Source: Deinococcus radiodurans R1 = ATCC 13939 = DSM 20539 (GTDB lineage: Bacteria; Deinococcota; Deinococci; Deinococcales; Deinococcaceae). Taken from it: a DNA stretch of 32,000 nucleotides. How positions within the stretch are numbered: position 1 is the stretch's first letter; each line of letters starts with the position of its first letter. Below, piece by piece: positions 20,994-32,000 of this stretch. The DNA is taken from positions 281,865-313,864 of the forward strand of contig NC_001263.1 in assembly GCF_000008565.1 (NCBI RefSeq), given 5' to 3'. Under the pieces are notes generated by a model. It saw only the letters and a list, made by a program, of their open reading frames with translations, ran no database searches and had not been told where the DNA came from. The position numbers were made by a program, and so were the translations under genes.

Positions 20994-22814
20994 ATGTGTG
21001 GAATTGTCGGTTATATCGGTCCCAGGCAGGCGCAGGACGTGCTGCTGAGCGGTCTTTCCAAGCTCGAATACCGTGGTTACGACAGCGCGGGCGTGGCGGT
21101 CGGTGACGGCGCGTGCATCGCGGTGCGCAAGAAGGCGGGCAAGCTCGCCAACCTCGCGGGTGACTTGCAGGCCGCGCCGCTGAGCGGCAGCTTTGGCATC
21201 GGGCACACCCGCTGGGCCACCCACGGTCTGCCCAACGACCGCAACAGCCACCCCCACACCACCGAAGACGGGCGCATCGTGCTAGTGCACAACGGCATCA
21301 TCGAGAACTACCTGCCGCTCAAGGAAGAGCTGCTCGCACGCGGCCACACCTTCAAGAGCGACACCGACTCTGAAGTGGTCGCCCACCTGATCGAGGAGGC
21401 GTACCAGGGCAACCTCGAAGAAGCGGTGCAGGCGGCGCTGGCGCAGGTGCGCGGGGCCTACGCGCTCGTCGTGACCCATGTGGACCACCGCGAAATCGTG
21501 GCGGCCCGCACCGTGTCCCCGCTGGTGATGGGCGTGGGCGAAGGCGAGATGTTCCTGGCCTCGGACGTGCCCGCGCTGCTCGCCTACACCCGGCAGATGG
21601 TGTTCCTGATGGACGGCGATATGGTGATTCTCAGCGACGACGGCTACCGCGTCACCGACCTGCAAGGCCACCCCGTGCAGCGCGACGTGGAGACCATCGA
21701 GTGGGACGCCGAGGCCGCCGAGAAGGGCGGATTCGACACCTACATGCTCAAGGAAATCTACGAGCAGCCCCAGGCGCTGACCAACACCCTGCTCGGGCGC
21801 CTGCGTGACGAACAGGGCGCGGTGGACCTCGACATCAGCCTCGACCCCACGTCGTTCAAGCGCATCTCCATCGTGGCCTGCGGCACTGCGTACTACGCCG
21901 GGCTGGTCGGCGAGTACCTGATCGAGCAGCTCGCCCGCATCCCGGTGGAGGTGGACGTGGCGAGCGAGTACCGCTATCGCAACCCGCTGGTCGGGGAAAA
22001 CACCCTGGCGATTGCGGTGAGCCAGTCGGGCGAAACCATCGACACGCTCGAGGCCATGCGCGAGGCGAAAAAGGGCGGGGCGCAAACGCTGGGCGTCATC
22101 AACGCCAAGGGCAGCTCCATGACCCGCGAACTCGACAGCACGCTGTATATCCACGCCGGACCCGAAATCGGCGTGGCGAGTACCAAGGCGTACACCAGCA
22201 TGGTGAGTGCCTTCCTGATGCTGGCGCTGTGGCTGGGCCGCGCGCGCGGCACCCTGAGCGACGCGGAGGGCGCCGAGCTGATCCACGCCGCCCGCGAACT
22301 GCCCCGCCTGGTCGAGGACGCGCTCAAGCCCGAGCGCGTGCAGCGCATCAAGGAAGTCGCCGAGAAGTACGCCCACGCCCGCGACTACCTGTTTCTGGGG
22401 CGCGGCGTGAACAGCCCCACCGCCTTCGAGGGCGCACTCAAGCTCAAGGAAATCAGCTACATCCACGCCGAGGCCTACGCGGCGGGCGAGATGAAGCACG
22501 GCCCCATCGCCCTGATCGACGAGAACCTGCCGGTCGCGGTGATTGCGACGGAGAGCCGCTTGCTCGAAAAGACCATTTCCAACGTGCAGGAAGTCCGTGC
22601 CCGCGCCGGCAAGGTCATTCTGTTTCTCTCCGACGGCGACGAAGAAAATGCCCTGCACGGCGACGACGTGGTGTACCTGCCCCGTGCCCACGAACTCGTC
22701 AGCCCGGTGGTCAACGCGGTGGCGATGCAACTGCTCGCCTACTTCACCGCGACGGCGCTCGGCAAGGACGTGGACAAGCCGCGCAACCTCGCCAAGTCGG
22801 TGACGGTGGAGTAA
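20994..22814 (+). CDS. glmS: Glutamine--fructose-6-phosphate aminotransferase
   Basis: The 606-aa protein starts at MCGIVGYIG (catalytic Cys2), has two SIS domains and ends KSVTVE. The SD GAGGAG lies at 20983-20988. Confidence 0.95.
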   Translation: MCGIVGYIGPRQAQDVLLSGLSKLEYRGYDSAGVAVGDGACIAVRKKAGKLANLAGDLQAAPLSGSFGIGHTRWATHGLPNDRNSHPHTTEDGRIVLVHNGIIENYLPLKEELLARGHTFKSDTDSEVVAHLIEEAYQGNLEEAVQAALAQVRGAYALVVTHVDHREIVAARTVSPLVMGVGEGEMFLASDVPALLAYTRQMVFLMDGDMVILSDDGYRVTDLQGHPVQRDVETIEWDAEAAEKGGFDTYMLKEIYEQPQALTNTLLGRLRDEQGAVDLDISLDPTSFKRISIVACGTAYYAGLVGEYLIEQLARIPVEVDVASEYRYRNPLVGENTLAIAVSQSGETIDTLEAMREAKKGGAQTLGVINAKGSSMTRELDSTLYIHAGPEIGVASTKAYTSMVSAFLMLALWLGRARGTLSDAEGAELIHAARELPRLVEDALKPERVQRIKEVAEKYAHARDYLFLGRGVNSPTAFEGALKLKEISYIHAEAYAAGEMKHGPIALIDENLPVAVIATESRLLEKTISNVQEVRARAGKVILFLSDGDEENALHGDDVVYLPRAHELVSPVVNAVAMQLLAYFTATALGKDVDKPRNLAKSVTVE

Positions 22815-23089
22815 GGGCACCGACGCGGCCTGCGTACTGAATAGCCTAAAGGGGTGCCCGACCTCCCAGAGGAACGGCGTCCCTTTTCTATGCCTCCTGG
22901 CGGTCCAGGCTCTAAAGAATCCCTGGCGGCGGCCTTCCGGTGCCTGCTCTAGAGCATTTGACAAAAAGATGGCACAGCTTTTTGGCGAGCGGAACGAGTA
23001 CAAAACGTTGAGCAGGACGGAGAATGGAGCGGGTGGCGGTGCTGTTGCCGACACCCGCGTAATTCGGAGAACTGCTCTAGACTGACGGC

Positions 23090-24738
<1,649 letters not shown>

Positions 24739-24827
24739 CAAGCGAGAAAGAGAGGAGAGGGCGGCGGAGGTGCAAGCTTCCCCGCCTCTTTCCTGTTCCT
24801 GCTCGCCGACATTGTTTGCTGCCGCAC

Positions 24828-24857
24828 TTGTAACTCTTCGGTGCTCTCGCTTATCAT
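24828..24857 (+). promoter_or_regulatory. Candidate str-operon promoter TTGTAA-N18-TATCAT
   Basis: TTGTAA lies at 24828-24833 and TATCAT at 24852-24857. Use of this promoter would give a leader of about 240 nt before rpsL. Confidence 0.4.
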
Positions 24858-25104
24858 GGCAAGGTTGGAAAGCGTGCTCTGGGAAGGGGTTGCACCAGGG
24901 GCGTTTCTCGGCATCGGCCACGCGGGCACTTTCTGAGCACTTCCTTTTGACGCCGCTGGTGATCACCTCATGGAAATGGCACCTGGGCCACGCCCGCCGT
25001 TTTCCGTTCGTCAACCCGGCGCTGCTCCCCCCGTGTGGGCAGCCTTCTTCTGAAGCCCCCGCCCTCCCCGGCGAGCTTCAAATCAAAGAAACAGGAGTGA
25101 TGTT

Positions 25105-25500
<396 letters not shown>

Positions 25501-25514
25501 ATCGGCAGGCCTGA

Positions 25515-25553
25515 CGCGTCACTGCGTCTGAGAAACAGCTCAGAGGTGACGCG
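25515..25553 (+). other. Extended hairpin in the rpsL-rpsG spacer
   Basis: CGCGTCAC (25515-25522) pairs with GTGACGCG (25546-25553). Inside it, TCTGAG-aaacag-CTCAGA forms a second helix. No U-tract follows. Confidence 0.5.
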
Positions 25554-25610
25554 GCTGCCCAGAGTTGACGCACACCGCGCCCAAGGGCGTGAGAATCAAG
25601 GAGCAAGAAC

Positions 25611-26081
25611 ATGGCACGTCGCCGCAGAGCAGAAGTGCGCCCCGTTCAGCCCGACCTGGTGTACCAGGACGTGCTGGTGAGCGCGATGATCAACCGCATC
25701 ATGCGTGATGGCAAGAAGAACCTCGCCAGCCGCATTTTCTACGGAGCCTGCCGTCTGGTGCAGGAGCGCACCGGCCAGGAGCCGCTGAAGGTCTTCAAGC
25801 AGGCGTATGACAACGTCAAGCCCCGCGTCGAAGTGCGCAGCCGCCGCGTCGGTGGCTCGACCTACCAGGTGCCCGTCGAAGTCGGCCCCCGCCGTCAGCA
25901 GAGCCTGACCCTGCGCTGGATGATCAGCGCCGTGGACGGTCGCCCCGAGCGCACCGCCATCGAGCGCCTCGCCGGCGAAATCATGGACGCCGCGCAGGGC
26001 CGTGGCGGCGCCATCAAGAAGAAAGACGACGTGGAGCGCATGGCCGAAGCCAACCGCGCCTACGCGCACTACCGCTGGTAA
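25611..26081 (+). CDS. rpsG: 30S ribosomal protein S7
   Basis: The 156-aa protein begins MARRRRAEVRPVQPDLVY, contains VEVRSRRVGGSTYQVPVEV and ends AYAHYRW. Confidence 0.95.
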   Translation: MARRRRAEVRPVQPDLVYQDVLVSAMINRIMRDGKKNLASRIFYGACRLVQERTGQEPLKVFKQAYDNVKPRVEVRSRRVGGSTYQVPVEVGPRRQQSLTLRWMISAVDGRPERTAIERLAGEIMDAAQGRGGAIKKKDDVERMAEANRAYAHYRW

Positions 26082-26219
26082 TTTCCGGCGTCTGGGTGAC
26101 TGGCCCAGAGTGGCTGTGCGGGGCACAAGCATCCGTTTCTTTGTAATGAAACTGCTGGCAGCGTAACGCTGAGAGTGGTGGAATAGAGATGAAGCGGCCT
26201 GCCCGCCTCCCAGCCGGAC

Positions 26220-26253
26220 GCGGACGGTGGAGCGCCTTTGCCCCGCCGTCCGC
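26220..26253 (+). other. Strong 11-bp hairpin in the rpsG-fusA spacer
   Basis: GCGGACGGTGG (26220-26230) pairs with CCGCCGTCCGC (26243-26253) with one G-U pair and a 12-nt loop. No U-tract follows. Confidence 0.5.
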
Positions 26254-26338
26254 TCGCCTCGGGCTGAGTTACCCAGCAGGACTAGCAGGAAGATCCATCA
26301 CGGCCACCTGACGGTGCCGCCGTATTACAGGGAGTCTT

Positions 26339-28435
<2,097 letters not shown>

Positions 28436-28452
28436 GACCTCCGGGTCTGAAA

Positions 28453-28479
28453 AGCTCACCTTTCGGGGTGGGCTTTTTT
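28453..28479 (+). terminator. Rho-independent terminator after fusA
   Basis: AGCTCACC pairs with GGTGGGCT in an 8-bp stem with one G-U pair and a 6-nt loop, followed by TTTTT. Confidence 0.75.
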
Positions 28480-28526
28480 CGTTTCAACTGGCGCCTAAAG
28501 ACCCCTGCCCTGTTAACCTGCGGGCC

Positions 28527-28970
28527 ATGAGTTTGCCCTCTTCCCCCAACAGGCAGCCCAACAAGCAGGTCGTGACCGGGCCACCGCCCCAGCGCCTGAG
28601 CTTCGTGACCGTGCCGCTGATGATCGGTCTGGTTTACAACGCGATCTCGCTGCTGACGATTCCTTTTTCCGGGACGACCATCAACGATCTACTGGCGGAC
28701 TATGGCAAGGCGTCGGGACAGCCCATACCGCCGCTTTCGCCTGAGATGATTCAGACGACGCTCTGGCTCGCGTTTTTTCTGACGGCGCTGCTGATTCTGT
28801 GGCTGTACTTCACCCGGCGCGCTGTGCTGGAGGGCAAAAGCGCTGGTCGGGTGTCGAGCATCGTGATCGCTGTGCTGAGCCTGCTGTTTTTTCCCTTTGG
28901 AACGGTGCTCGGTGTCATCATGTTGATCGGGATCTTCGACGAACAGGTGACCGCTTACCTGAGCCGCTGA
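28527..28970 (+). CDS. Hypothetical small membrane protein (about 3 TM segments) inserted between fusA and tuf
   Basis: The ORF encodes 147 aa with hydrophobic segments VTVPLMIGLVYNAISLLTIPF, TTLWLAFFLTALLILWLYF and VSSIVIAVLSLLFFPFGTVLGVIMLIGIF. It is visibly richer in A/T-ending codons than its neighbours. Confidence 0.7.
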   Translation: MSLPSSPNRQPNKQVVTGPPPQRLSFVTVPLMIGLVYNAISLLTIPFSGTTINDLLADYGKASGQPIPPLSPEMIQTTLWLAFFLTALLILWLYFTRRAVLEGKSAGRVSSIVIAVLSLLFFPFGTVLGVIMLIGIFDEQVTAYLSR

Positions 28971-29003
28971 GCGGGTTTTCGGGCAAGAGTTAGTTCGGGG
29001 CCA

Positions 29004-29031
29004 GGAACCTATACGGAACCTATACGGGAAC
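29004..29031. repeat. Tandem direct repeat, 2.5 copies of GGAACCTATAC
   Basis: GGAACCTATAC occurs at 29004-29014 and again at 29015-29025, followed by GGGAAC. The repeat sits in the loop of GGGCCAG/CTGGCCC, which is itself nested inside GGGCAAGAG/CTCTTGCCC. Confidence 0.8.
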
Positions 29032-29065
29032 TGGCCCTTTTTGCTGGATTCCCGGCCCGGCGCTC

Positions 29066-29094
29066 TTGCCCTTCTAGGCCTTTTCATGTAAGCT
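29066..29094 (+). promoter_or_regulatory. Candidate tuf promoter TTGCCC-N17-TAAGCT
   Basis: TTGCCC lies at 29066-29071 and TAAGCT at 29089-29094, downstream of a terminator-like hairpin. Use of this promoter implies a tuf leader of about 180 nt. Confidence 0.35.
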
Positions 29095-29277
29095 AAGCAG
29101 TCGGTGCGCCGTGGCCTCTCAGCCCGGTGCAACGTGCCAGAGAGCAGGCGGGACACCGCCCTGGCGAGAATCAACCCAATGTGGGTCACACCACCAGAAC
29201 CTCGCGGCATGCGCGGGGGAAGCCCGATCAAAGGGACGTTTTTACGTGTGAATCCACCGCTTGGAGGGAGTAAGACA

Positions 29278-30495
<1,218 letters not shown>

Positions 30496-30500
30496 TAAGC

Positions 30501-31455
<955 letters not shown>

Positions 31456-31456
<1 letters not shown>

Positions 31457-32000
31457 TGGCGCAGATCAACGTCATCGGGCAAAACGGCGGGCGCACCATC
31501 GAGCTCCCCCTGCCCGAGGTGAACAGCGGCGTGCTGCACGAAGTGGTGACCTGGCAACTCGCCAGCCGTCGCCGCGGCACCGCCAGCACCCGGACCCGCG
31601 CTCAGGTAAGCAAGACGGGCCGCAAGATGTACGGCCAGAAAGGCACCGGGAACGCCCGTCACGGCGACCGCAGCGTTCCCACCTTCGTGGGCGGCGGTGT
31701 GGCCTTCGGTCCCAAGCCCCGCAGCTACGACTACACCCTGCCCCGTCAGGTGCGTCAGCTCGGTCTGGCGATGGCAATTGCCAGCCGTCAGGAAGGTGGC
31801 AAGTTGGTTGCGGTGGACGGCTTTGACATCGCCGACGCCAAGACCAAGAACTTCATCAGCTGGGCCAAGCAAAACGGCCTGGACGGCACCGAGAAGGTCC
31901 TGCTGGTGACCGACGATGAGAACACCCGCCGCGCCGCGCGCAACGTGAGCTGGGTCAGCGTGCTACCGGTGGCCGGCGTGAACGTGTACGACATCCTGCG
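31456..32000 (+). CDS. rplD: 50S ribosomal protein L4 (3' end truncated by the window)
   Basis: I translated this manually from the ATG at 31456, which overlaps the rplC TAA. It reads MAQINVIGQNGGRTIELPLPEVNSGVLHEVVTWQLASRRRGTASTRTRAQVSKTGRKMYGQKGTGNARHGDRSVPTFVGGGVAFGPKPRSY..., a typical L4 sequence that stays open to the window end. Confidence 0.9.

Noticed and set aside
22969-23085. A 38-aa ORF ([38 protein letters not shown]) in the glmS-pgm intergenic region, just after TTGACA.
   Set aside because: It has no SD or properly spaced -10 box. Its codon usage is rich in A/T-ending codons, unlike genuine genes here, and it has no recognisable motif. It may be worth a look only if ribosome profiling shows occupancy.
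26189-26311. A 40-aa Arg-rich ORF (MKRPARLPAGRGRWSAF...) in the rpsG-fusA spacer, plus the 6-codon mini-ORF MKLLAA at about 26147.
   Set aside because: Its composition is typical of random high-GC frames, and it overlaps the strong hairpin. It has no convincing SD. There is not enough evidence to call it a leader peptide.
29231-29260. A possible radiation/desiccation response motif (RDRM-like TTACGT half-site in TTTTTACGTGTGAATCC). I also checked TTTTATGTGTGGAATTG at the glmS start.
   Set aside because: Neither has the palindromic second half (ACRKAA) at the right spacing. The second one is simply the coding sequence for MCGIV.
29104-29277. A 58-aa in-frame N-terminal extension of EF-Tu.
   Set aside because: EF-Tu universally starts near MAKGKFERTKPH. 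A strong SD immediately precedes ATG 29278. The extension is non-conserved and Arg-rich.

Overview
This is a high-GC bacterial chromosomal segment that is densely coding. The proteins and gene order look Deinococcus-like (D. radiodurans or a close relative); that is recognition from memory and I cannot verify it here. In order, the window contains:

- **+ strand, 1-12199:** the 3' end of a LivJ-type binding-protein gene, the livHMGF-type ABC transporter genes, two tandem paralogous lipoprotein genes, sucA, an orphan secreted protein, endonuclease III, an MFS transporter and a COG1579-type zinc-ribbon protein.
- **- strand, 12271-20414:** tatA and a stand-alone tRNA-Ala(GGC), then a nine-gene co-directional array. 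The array reads FmdB-like, HtrA-like protease, two deoxynucleoside kinases, murE, a DUF3006-like protein, a PPP-family phosphoesterase, NAMPT/NadV and a HAD hydrolase.
- **+ strand, 20664-32000:** a glmS ribozyme with glmS, pgm, and the str/S10 ribosomal region (rpsL, rpsG, fusA, a small membrane protein, tuf, rpsJ, rplC, partial rplD).

I found no CRISPR array, IS element, prophage or recognisable defence system.

The points most worth a second look are:

- Three conserved genes (binding protein, HtrA-like protease, pgm) each have a single-nucleotide frame disruption.
- The FmdB-type zinc-ribbon homologue has lost all four cysteines.
- NAMPT is flanked by two phosphoesterases.
- The str operon is interrupted by long, structured spacers and by a lower-GC membrane-protein gene between fusA and tuf.
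- A -10-like box recurs 5-8 nt upstream of ATG starts, which fits leaderless mRNAs.
- Several intergenic repeats and palindromes are not explained by the annotated features.

I could not identify a clearly novel multi-gene system. The candidates listed are hypotheses.
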